A program made the position numbers and the translations under genes. This document shows, in pieces, positions 9,646 through 19,810 of a stretch of DNA of 64,000 nucleotides; position 1 is the first letter of the stretch, and the number at the start of each line of letters is the position of its first letter. The DNA comes from an uncultured Pseudomonadota bacterium (GTDB lineage: Bacteria > Oederibacteriota > Muellerivitia > Muellerivitales > Muellerivitaceae). Under the pieces are notes generated by a model. The model was given only the letters and a program-made list of their open reading frames with translations, ran no database searches and was not told the origin of the DNA. The DNA lies in the NCBI GenBank assembly GCA_963836235.1, contig CAWIIP010000002.1, forward strand, positions 1,440,001 to 1,504,000, read 5' to 3'.

Positions 9646-11670
9646 TTAGAATGAAATCTTCGTCCCTCCATAGGCTGACAATCCTGGAGCACTATAACCA
9701 TATGTCTCTTCGTACCATTGATTGAAAAGGTTATCGACCCGCGCGAACAGCCGGACCTGGGAATTCACCTGATAGGATGCCCTCAATTTCACCAGGAAAT
9801 AGCTGGGCAAAATCAGCGAATTACCCGAAAAATCCGTGTCAAAACTAGTTCCAGTATAAGTGAGGGAAGCCCCCACTCCCAAGGCACCCCATTGATAATC
9901 CATATCGCCGCCAGCCCTGTTTTGAGGACGCCGCACGAGGGGCGTATTGGTGATCAAGTTTTGCGCGTAGGTATAGGTATAGCTGCCTCTCATATTCAAG
10001 TTTTGGATCCCTTTAAATTCCACGAAACTCTCCACGCCATAAGTCCGGGCTTGACCGATATTCGCCGCGATGAAAGTCGCCGGATCATAGGTAATGAGGT
10101 TCGTCAGGTCGTTGTCGAAATAGTCGGCCCCAACCTGAAGAAAATCCTTCCCACCAATGGGCTGCTCAAGCCCGAAGTCATAACCCAGGCTGGTTTCGGG
10201 TTGAAGATTCGGATTCCCATAGGAGGGGTCATAAAGCTGGTACAAAGAGGGGGCTAAAAAGCCCGTTCCATAATTGGCCTTGAGCTTGGTTTCCAAACCC
10301 GGAACGAAATAGGCCAACCCAGCCTGGTAAGTCGTGTGAACGCCGAATTGACTGCTCTTTTCCCATCGGCCACCCAAATTGAAAAACAACTGGTCGTTAA
10401 TGGAAGTTTGGCTCTCGACAAAACCTGAACCGGTTTGAACGTTCGTCACCGGGATCGCGTCCGGCGGATAAGGCCCTAAGTCACTGTACCCGCTCGTATA
10501 GTTCTCATAGGCCCATTGTTCCTGTCCTTGTATTCCTAGAATCAGGGTTTCTTCCTTAGCCACGCGGAGGGTGTTCTGCCAATTGACCTGGGCGGTCTGG
10601 CCGTCGTAATTTCCATTGGCGTAATAAGTGTTATAAGAATTTGCCGTAGCCGTATAAATCCGGTTGTCATCGGAGAAGGAAACATTTAATTGTTGGTTCC
10701 AGGTTCCATCCAAAAGTTTCCAGTCCGCGTGACTGTCCACCAGAAATTGTTTCTGAAGGGCGAAGTCATCCGGATCATCCCCCAAAACATAGCTGCTGTT
10801 GTAAGCGTCCACACTGGTATTGGACTGGCTGTAATGGATAAAAACCTTTTCCTCAAGGTTAGAGGACAGATTCGAGCCCAAGCGAAGGGACGCGGTGTTG
10901 TTATCGTCCCCATTGTTGACCGACCCCGCGTTGGCGCTTTCCAAAGCCGCGTCAGAGGCATCCAATCCCCTGACATTCAAAACCGGGAAACCCGCGGTGT
11001 TGAAATGCGACGCGTCAAAATTGAAATACCCGCCTTTATCGCCACCCTGGGCCGCAACCGCTTCATGGGAAGTTCCATAGGAACCGCCTTCCACGAGGAC
11101 GGAGCCGCCCAAGGGGACGGGGCCGCCTTGCGGGATGATGTTGATGACCCCTCCGATGGCGTTGGAACCCCAAAGGGTGCTCTGGGGCCCCCGTACCACC
11201 TCGATTTGTTTCACGCCATCCAGGGAAAGGCCATCCAAATACTCATAATCAAAAGGAGTTCCGACCGGGTCATTGAGCGGAATGCCATCCAAGAGGACCA
11301 GTGTATTTTCGGAATTATTGCCGCGGATATAAACCGCGGATATTTGACCTGGCTGGCCGCTCTGGACAACACCCAATCCCGGGACGCCTTGAAGCGTTTC
11401 CATTACCGTGCCCGCTTGTTTTTGCTCAATGTCCTTGGCCGTAATCACGGTCGTGGAATCGGTCACCTGTGAAACTGGGGTGTCCAAACGATTAGCCGTA
11501 ATTACGACTTCCGGGAGCGCGAGGGAAGACTGGGCCGGAGGGGTATTGGTGGAGGCTTCAACTGTGGGGGTATTTCCGGCCGGTTCGACAACCGACGGAT
11601 CAGCCCAAAGAAAAGAGGGTACGGCGGACGAAACAACCCAAAGACAAACACAACAAAAACCTTTATTCAT
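9646..11670 (-). CDS. btuB: TonB-dependent cobalamin receptor
   Basis: Signal peptide, TonB box EVVITANR, plug IEVVRGPQSTLWGS, C-terminal Phe; downstream of a B12 riboswitch. Confidence 0.9.
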   Translation of the reverse strand: MNKGFCCVCLWVVSSAVPSFLWADPSVVEPAGNTPTVEASTNTPPAQSSLALPEVVITANRLDTPVSQVTDSTTVITAKDIEQKQAGTVMETLQGVPGLGVVQSGQPGQISAVYIRGNNSENTLVLLDGIPLNDPVGTPFDYEYLDGLSLDGVKQIEVVRGPQSTLWGSNAIGGVINIIPQGGPVPLGGSVLVEGGSYGTSHEAVAAQGGDKGGYFNFDASHFNTAGFPVLNVRGLDASDAALESANAGSVNNGDDNNTASLRLGSNLSSNLEEKVFIHYSQSNTSVDAYNSSYVLGDDPDDFALQKQFLVDSHADWKLLDGTWNQQLNVSFSDDNRIYTATANSYNTYYANGNYDGQTAQVNWQNTLRVAKEETLILGIQGQEQWAYENYTSGYSDLGPYPPDAIPVTNVQTGSGFVESQTSINDQLFFNLGGRWEKSSQFGVHTTYQAGLAYFVPGLETKLKANYGTGFLAPSLYQLYDPSYGNPNLQPETSLGYDFGLEQPIGGKDFLQVGADYFDNDLTNLITYDPATFIAANIGQARTYGVESFVEFKGIQNLNMRGSYTYTYAQNLITNTPLVRRPQNRAGGDMDYQWGALGVGASLTYTGTSFDTDFSGNSLILPSYFLVKLRASYQVNSQVRLFARVDNLFNQWYEETYGYSAPGLSAYGGTKISF

Positions 11671-11772
11671 GGCCCACTCCCCGAGGCCGAAGGCTCAAAC
11701 GGGGGAGCGGCAGAGGGACTTCCGATGGAAGGACTCTCCGCTTCTTATTCCCGAAGAAGCATTCGAAGATTT

Positions 11773-11911
11773 CTCAAGGCCGGTCTCCTGACTTGGGGCT
11801 TTCTGCTCCTTGAGCCTTCCCGTTCTTTCAAACAGTGGCACAAGAAAAAATTTCGCCCCTTACAGTGGCGGGTCCGCGCCGGATTCACACCGGCTTCCCG
11901 AACACCTTGAG
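11773..11911 (-). promoter_or_regulatory. Cobalamin riboswitch
   Basis: Minus strand: GGGAAGCCGGTGTGAATCCGGCGCGGACCCGCCACTGT...GCCACTG...GGGAAGG...AAGTCAGGAGACCGGCC (B12 box), closed by P1 CTCAAGG/CCTTGAG; upstream of btuB. Confidence 0.95.
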
Positions 11912-11960
11912 TTGTAGGTTGGTGATACTCCTGCTCACCAAACTTGTCAACGGTGAAGTT

Positions 11961-12110
11961 AGCTGTCATTGCGAGGAATGCTCGCCGAATAGGCGAGCGA
12001 TTATGACGAAGCAACCCCAGTTTAAAAAATTTGGAAAAGTCATATTAAAACCTGGGTTGCTTCGTCGTAATCAATCCGCTATTCGCGGATCACTCCTCGC
12101 AATGACAGCT
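11961..12110. repeat. 150-bp palindromic element (REP/RPE/MITE-like)
   Basis: Terminal IR AGCTGTCATTGCGAGGA / TCCTCGCAATGACAGCT, inner IR GACGAAGCAACCC / GGGTTGCTTCGTC, plus two side hairpins. Confidence 0.8.
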
Positions 12111-12112
12111 TA

Positions 12113-12982
12113 TTATTTTTTTCGAGCGGCCTCGAAAATTTTTGATAGGTACTCCGCAAGGTTGGCCATGGTCGGCCCGGGGATCAGGTAATCCTCGTTG
12201 TCGAAGCAATAGACCTGATGGTTCTTGACCGCCCTTAAACCGGGCATGGCGTCCCAGACAGCCGCTTCCCCGACAATCCCATCGGATTTCAGGTGGGCTT
12301 CCGCCAGCGCGTTCACGATAACCTCCGGGTCCCTCTTGATCAGTTGTTCCTTGGAAACCAAGGGATAGGGTTCTTTCGCGTCAGCGAGGATATTCACGCC
12401 CCCCGCCCAACGGATCAACTCGTCCACGAAATTATTCGGGCCCACTCCGTAGATCTGTTCCAAGGCCCCGGGAGTGCGGTCGATCACGAAAAGCACGGGT
12501 ACGGGCTTGCGCTTCTTCGCCTCGGTTTTTACCTTATCCAACCTTTTAGCCAGCTTGGCTTTAGCAAGCTGTGCTTCCTTTTCGCGCCCCAGTTTACTCC
12601 CGAGAATATCGTAAGCGTCCAAAACATCCTGGACGGTCATGCAGTCCAACACCAAAACCGGAACTTTCAATTCCCTCAAGTTATCCACGGCTTTGCCGTG
12701 GAACTTCAACGCTAGAACCAAATCCGGCTTCAAGGAAAGGATCTTCTCGTAATTGGGATTAATCCATCCGCCTATTCTTGCCTTGGACCGGGCCGCGGGG
12801 GGGAACTTACAAAAATCCGTCACCCCGACCAAAAGGTTCTCCGCACCGATGTCGTAGACGATTTGTGTCAGGTTAGGCGCCATGGAAATGACGCGCTTTG
12901 GAATGGGCATGGAGAGGGGTTGGGCAAAAAGATTTTGACCCGTGAAAAAGAGCGTTAGAAAAAAGGCGGAAAACAATCGCAT
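12113..12982 (-). CDS. btuF: Periplasmic cobalamin/metal-chelate binding protein (BtuF-like)
   Basis: Signal peptide, RVISMAPNLTQI, LVGVTDFC, PNYEKILSLKPDLV, PGP. Confidence 0.8.
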   Translation of the reverse strand: MRLFSAFFLTLFFTGQNLFAQPLSMPIPKRVISMAPNLTQIVYDIGAENLLVGVTDFCKFPPAARSKARIGGWINPNYEKILSLKPDLVLALKFHGKAVDNLRELKVPVLVLDCMTVQDVLDAYDILGSKLGREKEAQLAKAKLAKRLDKVKTEAKKRKPVPVLFVIDRTPGALEQIYGVGPNNFVDELIRWAGGVNILADAKEPYPLVSKEQLIKRDPEVIVNALAEAHLKSDGIVGEAAVWDAMPGLRAVKNHQVYCFDNEDYLIPGPTMANLAEYLSKIFEAARKK

Positions 12983-13035
12983 AATAGGCCTTCGCTTCGT
13001 TTGGATTAACGGGGAGCTAGTGTACAATCGGCTTC

Positions 13036-13236
13036 GTGGCGAATCAAAACAAACCCGAGATCAAAACCTGCGGCCGTTGCGGTAAAACTTTCGACTGTTT
13101 TTCCAAATCGGGGGGATGCTGGTGCGAAAGCCTTCCACCCCTCACTAAGGCCGTCCCGGACTGTGACTGCCTTTGCCCGGACTGCTTGAAGAAAGAAATC
13201 CAAGACCAGCCTTCGGTGAATATAAATCAATCATGA
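13036..13236 (+). CDS. Cysteine-rich CWC family protein
   Basis: CGRCGKTFDC...GCWC...CLCPDCL pattern; stop overlaps the next start. Confidence 0.8.
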   Translation: MANQNKPEIKTCGRCGKTFDCFSKSGGCWCESLPPLTKAVPDCDCLCPDCLKKEIQDQPSVNINQS

Positions 13237-14156
13237 ATGATCTTCGAATCGCTTCTTTCCTACCCTCGGCGACTGAGATGGTCTGCGCGCTAGGACTAGG
13301 CGACCATTTGGTGGGCATTTCCCACGAATGCGATTATCCGCCCGAAGTGAAGGGAAAGCCGGTCGTTGTAAAGTGCGCCATGGACCTAGTTTCGCTGAAT
13401 CTAAACCAGATTGATAAGGCTGTCAGCGAAAGAGTGGGGCAGGGCGGAAGCGTTTATGCGGTGGACGAGGTCGAAATCCGCAAGGCCGCTCCCAACCTGG
13501 TAATCACCCAGGACCTCTGCCAGGTTTGCGCCCCCTCGGGCAACGAAGCCACCCAAGTATTGAAGTCCCTCGTTTCTAAACCCGAGATACTCTGGCAAAC
13601 ACCCCACTCTTTTGAGGATGTACTGAAAGACATTTTGGCCCTGGGGGAAAGGACCGGCACAAAGGAAAGGGCCGAAAAACTAGTAACCGAGATGCGCCAA
13701 AGGGTCACGAAAGTTTCTTCCGTCACGGCCAAACTTCCCACCGTGAAGGTCTTCTTTCTCGAATGGGTGGACCCGATCTATTGCGGTGGCCACTGGGTGC
13801 CCCAAATGCTTCAATGGGCCGGAGGAGTGGACGGGATTTCCAGGAGTGGTGTGGATTCGGTTCGTATCGCCTGGGAAGAAGTTGTACGTTTCAACCCGGA
13901 AGTGCTGATTGTTTCCCCCTGCGGCTTCAGCACGAAGGACGCCCTGAAACAAGGAGACCTGCTGAAAACCCGCCCCGGCTGGAAAGATATCAAGGCCGTG
14001 CAAGACGACCAGGTCTTCGCCGTGGACGCCAACGCTTATTTCGCCAAACCGGGTCCCCGACTGGTCGAGGGAGTGGAACTGCTGGCCTACTTGATTCATC
14101 CCGAAATCTTCTCTTGGCGAGGCCCCCTTGGCGCCTTTGCCAAGATCAAGATATAG
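13233..14156 (+). CDS. BtuF/TroA-like cobalamin-binding protein lacking a signal peptide
   Basis: RIASFLPSATEMVCALG, VGISHECDYP, TQDLCQVCA, GGHWVP, YFAKPGPRL; starts MNDLRIAS with no hydrophobic leader. Confidence 0.82.
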   Translation: MNDLRIASFLPSATEMVCALGLGDHLVGISHECDYPPEVKGKPVVVKCAMDLVSLNLNQIDKAVSERVGQGGSVYAVDEVEIRKAAPNLVITQDLCQVCAPSGNEATQVLKSLVSKPEILWQTPHSFEDVLKDILALGERTGTKERAEKLVTEMRQRVTKVSSVTAKLPTVKVFFLEWVDPIYCGGHWVPQMLQWAGGVDGISRSGVDSVRIAWEEVVRFNPEVLIVSPCGFSTKDALKQGDLLKTRPGWKDIKAVQDDQVFAVDANAYFAKPGPRLVEGVELLAYLIHPEIFSWRGPLGAFAKIKI

Positions 14157-14166
14157 TGGAATTCTC

Positions 14167-14814
14167 ATGACCCCTCCAACCTTCCAACCCATCCTTTACA
14201 CCGTCGGTCATTCCAATCGCGACCTCAAAGATTTCCTCACGCTTTTAAGGGCCCATTCGATTGGGCGAATCGTGGATGTTCGAACCGTTCCTAAATCTCG
14301 CCGTGTTCCTTGGTTCAATGAGGAAGCTCTGGCCCCAGCGCTCAATCAAGCCCATATCCGCTATGCCCACCTCCCTGAATTGGGAGGCTTAAGGCATCCG
14401 AAGAAAGATTCCACCAACCTGGGCTGGAAAAACGAGAGCTTCCGTGGATTCGCCGACTACATGGAAACACCTGAGTTTGAAAAGGGGTTGGAAAAATTGA
14501 ACTCGATGCTCTCGGATCTCAAGACCGCCATCATGTGCGCGGAGGCCGTGCCCTGGCGCTGTCACCGGTCCCTTATCTCGGACTCGGAAATGTCACTGGG
14601 CATCGCGGTGGAACACTTGATGAGCCCGACTTCCAAGAAACCGCATGAGATGACTTCCTTCGCGTTTGTGGATAAGAAATCCAAGCCGCCAAAGGTAAGC
14701 TATCCCGCCAATGTGGAAGAAAAGGCTCAGCCAGCTCTTCCCGGAATCCCCTTATCGGGGAGAATGCCGCCAACCGCTCCGAAGAAAAACCACGCTAAAA
14801 AACCTCAACCTTGA
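14167..14814 (+). CDS. DUF488 family protein
   Basis: YTVGHSNR, VDVRTVPKSRR.PWFN, LGGLR, FRGFADYM, MCAEAVPWRCHRSLISD. Confidence 0.88.
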   Translation: MTPPTFQPILYTVGHSNRDLKDFLTLLRAHSIGRIVDVRTVPKSRRVPWFNEEALAPALNQAHIRYAHLPELGGLRHPKKDSTNLGWKNESFRGFADYMETPEFEKGLEKLNSMLSDLKTAIMCAEAVPWRCHRSLISDSEMSLGIAVEHLMSPTSKKPHEMTSFAFVDKKSKPPKVSYPANVEEKAQPALPGIPLSGRMPPTAPKKNHAKKPQP

Positions 14815-15818
14815 AGATAGGCCTTGCGGCGAAATAAGAGCCACAAGAGAACGGGCACTCCCAATAGCGAGGTGAGAACCCCTACTGGTACCTCTGTGGG
14901 GCCGAAGAAAGACCGGGCCACGGTGTCGCAAATCATCAGGAACGCCGCGCCTCCTAAGGTACTGCAAGGCAAAAGGAATCGATGGTCGTTGCCAATCCAA
15001 AGCCTGTAGATATGGGGAATGATGAGCCCGACAAAGGCGATGGGCCCGGTTAAGGCCACTACCGCGCTGGTCATCAGCGACGCCACTAGAATGGAAACCA
15101 AGATCACCCGGGAAGTCGGCACGCCCTTCACCTTCGCCAATTCCTCTCCCGCTGAAATCAAGTTCAATTCCCGGGCTAAGGCGATCAAAACCATAAACCC
15201 CGCCACGATTCCCAGCGAAAGTTTTTCTACCGTCATCAAGTCAATCACGTCGAGGCTCCCGATCATCCAATGGATCATGGCGTAGGCCTGGGTGAAATCC
15301 GCGATGTAATAGGCGAGAAGCACCAAGGCATTGAAGAAATAATTGATGGCTACCCCCGCCAGCAAAAGCGTGATGGCGGAAAAGGATCTGAGCAGGGTGG
15401 CTAGGGAATAGACCAGAAAAAGGGAAAAAAGGGCTCCCAGGAACGAGAAGAGAGTAATCCAGGAAAACCCGTGAACCGCCGTGGTCAAACCCAAAAGGAT
15501 GGCGATAACCGCGCCAAAAGAACTTCCCCCCGCCACACCCAAGGTGAAGGGGCAGGCCAATGGGTTCCGCAGAACCGCCTGGAAAATAATCCCCGCGGAG
15601 GCCATCGCCGCGCCCGCCAGGGCGGCCAGAAGGCACCGTGGAAGACGCACGCTGAAAAAGATTTGGGCATCCGTGTTATCCGGCGCCGGAGGCCAGACAT
15701 GAAAAACTTTTTCGTAAGAAAGAGTCGTGGGCCCCACGAAAGGACAGCCAAATAAAACGAAACCGAAAAAAACAAACGTCAGAAGCAGAACGATATTTTT
15801 TGTTCCGGCTTGGTTCAT
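14805..15818 (-). CDS. btuC: FecCD/BtuC-family ABC permease
   Basis: RLPR.LLA, RNPLA.PFTLG, GPIAFVGLIIPH, EVPVGVLTSLLGVP. Confidence 0.85.
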   Translation of the reverse strand: MNQAGTKNIVLLLTFVFFGFVLFGCPFVGPTTLSYEKVFHVWPPAPDNTDAQIFFSVRLPRCLLAALAGAAMASAGIIFQAVLRNPLACPFTLGVAGGSSFGAVIAILLGLTTAVHGFSWITLFSFLGALFSLFLVYSLATLLRSFSAITLLLAGVAINYFFNALVLLAYYIADFTQAYAMIHWMIGSLDVIDLMTVEKLSLGIVAGFMVLIALARELNLISAGEELAKVKGVPTSRVILVSILVASLMTSAVVALTGPIAFVGLIIPHIYRLWIGNDHRFLLPCSTLGGAAFLMICDTVARSFFGPTEVPVGVLTSLLGVPVLLWLLFRRKAYLQG

Positions 15819-16612
15819 GTCTTGACTGCCTTTTTATTTCGCGGGACAAAATAGGACAAGTTTTTCCCATGACTCAACCTATCAACATCCACGTTGAGAA
15901 CCGATTTAATAATTCGAGGCGTTAACACCTTTTGGGGAGGACCATCCGCCATGATCTTTCCACTTTTCATCAACACTAGGCGATCCAGAAAACGCCCCGC
16001 CATATTCATTTCATGGGTGGCAACCACGACCGTAAGACTTTCTTCCCGGTGGAGCTTTTGGATGATTTCAAATAAAAGGATTTGGTGGGAAAGGTCTAAA
16101 GACAAAGTGGGCTCGTCCAAGAGAAGAACCTGTGGGGTCTGGGCTAAAGCGGAGGCCAATAAAACCCGCTGACGTTCCCCGCCGGAGATCTCGTCATAAA
16201 ACCTATCTTTAAATTCTAACGCGTCACAAAGCTTTAAAGCTCTTTCACAAATGGAATGATCTTCACGGTTGAGCGGTTGAAAACGACCCAAATAGGGATG
16301 CCGGCCCATCTCCACAATCTCGATGACGCTCAAGGGATAAGTAAAATGCATGGACTGGGGTACATAGGCGATTTTCTTGGCCCGATCCCTAACCGCGATT
16401 TCCTTCAGCGGTCTTCCCTCAAAAAGAACTCGTCCCGATATCGGGGAAACCAAGCCCACCATCAATTTAAGAAGAGTGGACTTTCCCGCTCCATTGGGGC
16501 CTAGAAGCCCGACCAATTCGCCCTGGTTAATCGAAAGGTCGGTTGGGTGAAACTCGAAGTTGGAGTGGGAAGGGTAACAAAAGGAAAGTTCTTGGATTTC
16601 AAAAAGCGCCAC
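15815..16612 (-). CDS. btuD: ABC ATPase, iron-chelate/cobalamin type
   Basis: GPNGAGKST, SGGERQRV, LLLDEPT, H-loop. Confidence 0.85.
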   Translation of the reverse strand: MALFEIQELSFCYPSHSNFEFHPTDLSINQGELVGLLGPNGAGKSTLLKLMVGLVSPISGRVLFEGRPLKEIAVRDRAKKIAYVPQSMHFTYPLSVIEIVEMGRHPYLGRFQPLNREDHSICERALKLCDALEFKDRFYDEISGGERQRVLLASALAQTPQVLLLDEPTLSLDLSHQILLFEIIQKLHREESLTVVVATHEMNMAGRFLDRLVLMKSGKIMADGPPQKVLTPRIIKSVLNVDVDRLSHGKNLSYFVPRNKKAVKT

Positions 16613-16763
16613 GGAAAACCTTTTGTAAAGTTAATTTCAAGGGAGGTCAGTGTAGGCCGCTTTGAAAAGACCGTCAACTTTGGGTGGATTGATTAGCTTC
16701 TCTTGTAATCCCGATCCAGCAAGAATTAAGCTGTCCTTCGCCGGTTCAGAAGAAGGAGCCTGG

Positions 16764-18104
16764 ATGGACGCTTTAACCTTAGCCCGCGCGCAGTTCGGCT
16801 TCACCATCGCTTTCCACTATATTTTCCCTCCCTTAAGCATTGGCTTGGGGCTCATCCTGGTCCTCATGGAAAGCTTTTACTACTTCACCCGAAAAAAGCT
16901 TTATCTGGAAATGGCCCAGTTCTGGACTCGTATCTTCGGTCTCATCTTTGCCATGGGAGTCTCCACCGGAATCGTGATGGAATTTGAGTTTGGGACTAAT
17001 TGGGCCGCTTATTCCCGGTTCGTGGGAGACGTCTTTGGCAGCGCCCTGGCCGCCGAGGGTATCTTTGCCTTCTTCTTGGAATCGGGATTTCTGGCCCTCC
17101 TCCTTTTTGGCTGGGATCGTATCAGCCCCCGAATCCACTTATTCGCCACCAGCATGGTGGCCTTAGGCGCCCATTTCAGCGCGGTTTGGATCGTGGTAGC
17201 CAATTCCTGGCAACAAACGCCTGCCGGTTATCATCTAGTAGGCCAACCAGGCGGGGGAGTCCGGGCTGAAGTAACGAGCTTTTGGGAAGCGGTTTTAAAC
17301 CCTTCCACTTTAAGCCGTATCTGGCATGTTTATATGGGTGCCTGGCAAGCCGGAGCCTTCGCGGTCTTAAGCGTGAGCGCCTATTATCTCTTGAAAAAAA
17401 AGAATGTCGAATTCGCCAAGGCGGGGCTTAAGATCGCGCTTCTCGTGGCGGCGACGGCTTCCCTTCTCCAATTGGTTTCCGGTCATGAGAGCGCCAAAGT
17501 CGTCAGCTCGACTCAGCCGGCTAAGTTGGCCGCCTATGAGGGCCATTATGAAACCGCTCCGGCGGGCCTCTACCTTTTTGGCTGGGTGGATGAAAAGGAA
17601 GGCAAGACCCATGGAGTGGCTCTCCCCGGCTTGTTAAGCTGGTTGGTGACCGGCAAGACCGACACTCCTGTTATCGGTTTAGATTTTTTTCCAAGGGATC
17701 AAAGGCCTCCCGTTAATACCGTGTTCCAGACTTACCACGCCATGGTGGCTATCGGAATGGCCCTCATTGCCATTTCCTGGACGGGGCTTTTCCTCTGGTG
17801 GCGGGGAAAACTTTTTGAGACCCGCTGGTTCCTGGCCCTTCTAGTGGGGTCGGTGCTTTTGCCTCAGGCCGCCAACCAATTGGGATGGTTTTCCGCCGAG
17901 GTGGGCCGCCAACCCTACATCGTCTATAACCTGATGAAAACTTCGGACGCCCTTTCCAAGGTCGTAAAACCCGGTGAAATTTTCTTTTCCATCCTGCTTT
18001 TCGGCTTCATTTATTTTCTTTTGTTCATCCTGTTCATTTATTTACTCAATGACAAAATCCAACACGGGCTTCATATGAAGGTTGAACGAGGACATCGCGC
18101 ATGA
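16764..18104 (+). CDS. cydA: Cytochrome bd oxidase subunit I
   Basis: [36 protein letters not shown]; ATG 16764 after AAGGAG. Confidence 0.96.
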   Translation: MDALTLARAQFGFTIAFHYIFPPLSIGLGLILVLMESFYYFTRKKLYLEMAQFWTRIFGLIFAMGVSTGIVMEFEFGTNWAAYSRFVGDVFGSALAAEGIFAFFLESGFLALLLFGWDRISPRIHLFATSMVALGAHFSAVWIVVANSWQQTPAGYHLVGQPGGGVRAEVTSFWEAVLNPSTLSRIWHVYMGAWQAGAFAVLSVSAYYLLKKKNVEFAKAGLKIALLVAATASLLQLVSGHESAKVVSSTQPAKLAAYEGHYETAPAGLYLFGWVDEKEGKTHGVALPGLLSWLVTGKTDTPVIGLDFFPRDQRPPVNTVFQTYHAMVAIGMALIAISWTGLFLWWRGKLFETRWFLALLVGSVLLPQAANQLGWFSAEVGRQPYIVYNLMKTSDALSKVVKPGEIFFSILLFGFIYFLLFILFIYLLNDKIQHGLHMKVERGHRA

Positions 18105-19123
18105 ACTTCGGCTGGCAGACCCTTTGGTTCATCCTGGTGGGGCTTCTCTTTTCCGGTTACGCCATTTTGGACGGCTTTGACCTCGGCGTAGGCGCGCTCC
18201 ATCTTTTCGTCAAATCCGATAAGGAACGCCGGACATTCTTGAACGCTATCGGACCTATCTGGGACGGAAACGAAGTCTGGCTCGTTACCGGTGGCGGCGC
18301 GCTTTTCGCCGCCTTCCCGGACGTCTATGCCACCGTCTTCTCCGGCTTCTACTTGGCCTTCATGTTGTTACTCGTCGCGCTCATCTTCCGCGGTGTGGCT
18401 ATCGAGTTCAGGAGCAAGCAACCGATGAAATGGTGGCGGGATTTGTGGGATACGAGCTTTTCCATCAGCAGTATCGCCTCTTCTTTTTTGATCGGTGTGG
18501 CCCTCGGAAATATCGCCTGGGGAGTTCCCCTGACCGCCGATCATGAATACGCGGGGACTTTTCTGTCCCTCTTAAAACCCTATCCACTTTTATTGGGTCT
18601 GACGACCGTCGCCCTATTCATGATGCACGGGTCCATTTATATCGTATTGAAGACCGAGGGGCCCTTACAAAAAAAACTAAAAGGTTGGGTCAAGAACACC
18701 ATGATCTTCTTCATCCTCTGCTACGTCCTCGCCACTATGGCCACCTTGCTTTACGTGCCGCATATGCTTAAGACCCTCCAGCAATATCCCCTTCTGTTCA
18801 TCGTGCCGGTCTTGAGCCTTCTTTCCATCGCCAATATCCCCCGGAACGTCAGTAAAGGCCAAGGCTTGGGGGCTTTTCTTTCCTCCATCGCCGCCCTCCT
18901 CACTCTGATGGCTTTGTTTGGAATTGGAATGTATCCGTCCCTGGTTTATTCCAATCCATTTCCCGAAAACAGCCTCACAATCATGAACGCCGCTTCCTCA
19001 CTGAAGACCCTAAAGATCATGACCTTAATCGCTGCCATTGGAATGCCCTTGGTGTCTTCCTATACCGCCAGCATCTATTGGATTTTCCGCGGCAAGGTGA
19101 AGTTGGATCCGCATAGTTATTGA
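18101..19123 (+). CDS. cydB: Cytochrome bd oxidase subunit II
   Basis: LDGFDLGVG, PIWDGNEVWL, AAFP..YA, RGVAIEFR. Confidence 0.96.
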   Translation: MNFGWQTLWFILVGLLFSGYAILDGFDLGVGALHLFVKSDKERRTFLNAIGPIWDGNEVWLVTGGGALFAAFPDVYATVFSGFYLAFMLLLVALIFRGVAIEFRSKQPMKWWRDLWDTSFSISSIASSFLIGVALGNIAWGVPLTADHEYAGTFLSLLKPYPLLLGLTTVALFMMHGSIYIVLKTEGPLQKKLKGWVKNTMIFFILCYVLATMATLLYVPHMLKTLQQYPLLFIVPVLSLLSIANIPRNVSKGQGLGAFLSSIAALLTLMALFGIGMYPSLVYSNPFPENSLTIMNAASSLKTLKIMTLIAAIGMPLVSSYTASIYWIFRGKVKLDPHSY

Positions 19124-19454
19124 TTCCTTTTTCCAAGAATTGTTTCGAAAAATTGTCAAGCGTTTCTTCCAATGCCGGAAAAATAATTTTTCACAAAAGA
19201 AGAGCCGAATATATTTTTGTGCGGAAATATTTTTAGAAGACGACAAAAAAGCCCGAAACAAAAAGCTTTTCAGGGAAAAGAATTTCAGCTTCGATGACAA
19301 AATTTTCTTGACTTAAACCAAAAAAGATTTAAAAGAGGTGAAGCAACTTCACTTTTTGAAAATTTTAACCACTCCTAAAAATTTTTTCGTAACCGGAAAT
19401 TGTTCCGATAAACGAAAAAATTTTTTTCGTCTCTGGACAAAATTTCAAAAGCAA

Positions 19455-19745
19455 TTTTGTGGATTCATGTGGATATGTTGTGAACGATCTTGAAGTAAGG
19501 CTTAAAAAGGCAGAAAGTAAAAAGACTTTTACCCTAGCGCTTAAACAGCTCTGAAAGAAGCTGTAGCGAATTGGATATCCAGTGGATCTGTTTTCCTAAA
19601 TTTAACAAGGGTTTTACGGAAGACGCTTTTTAAAGTTATCCACAAAACTATGCACAGCTGTGAATAACTTGGCTGCTATCTTCTCTCGATAGAGGCACCA
19701 AAAGGTAGCAAGATTTTCTGGGGATAAACAGGGGATAGATTTTAA
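19455..19745. promoter_or_regulatory. DnaA-box cluster upstream of dnaA (oriC part 1 / dnaA promoter)
   Basis: TTATCCACA at 19636-19644, TGTGAATAA at 19659-19667, TGTGGATTC/TGTGGATAT at ~19458-19476, in AT-rich intergenic DNA. Confidence 0.8.
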
Positions 19746-19810
19746 CGAGAGCTTATTTACCCATATTTTAAAGGGTTTTCACGCGTTTCTTATCAATCGG
19801 AGGTTTGTGG

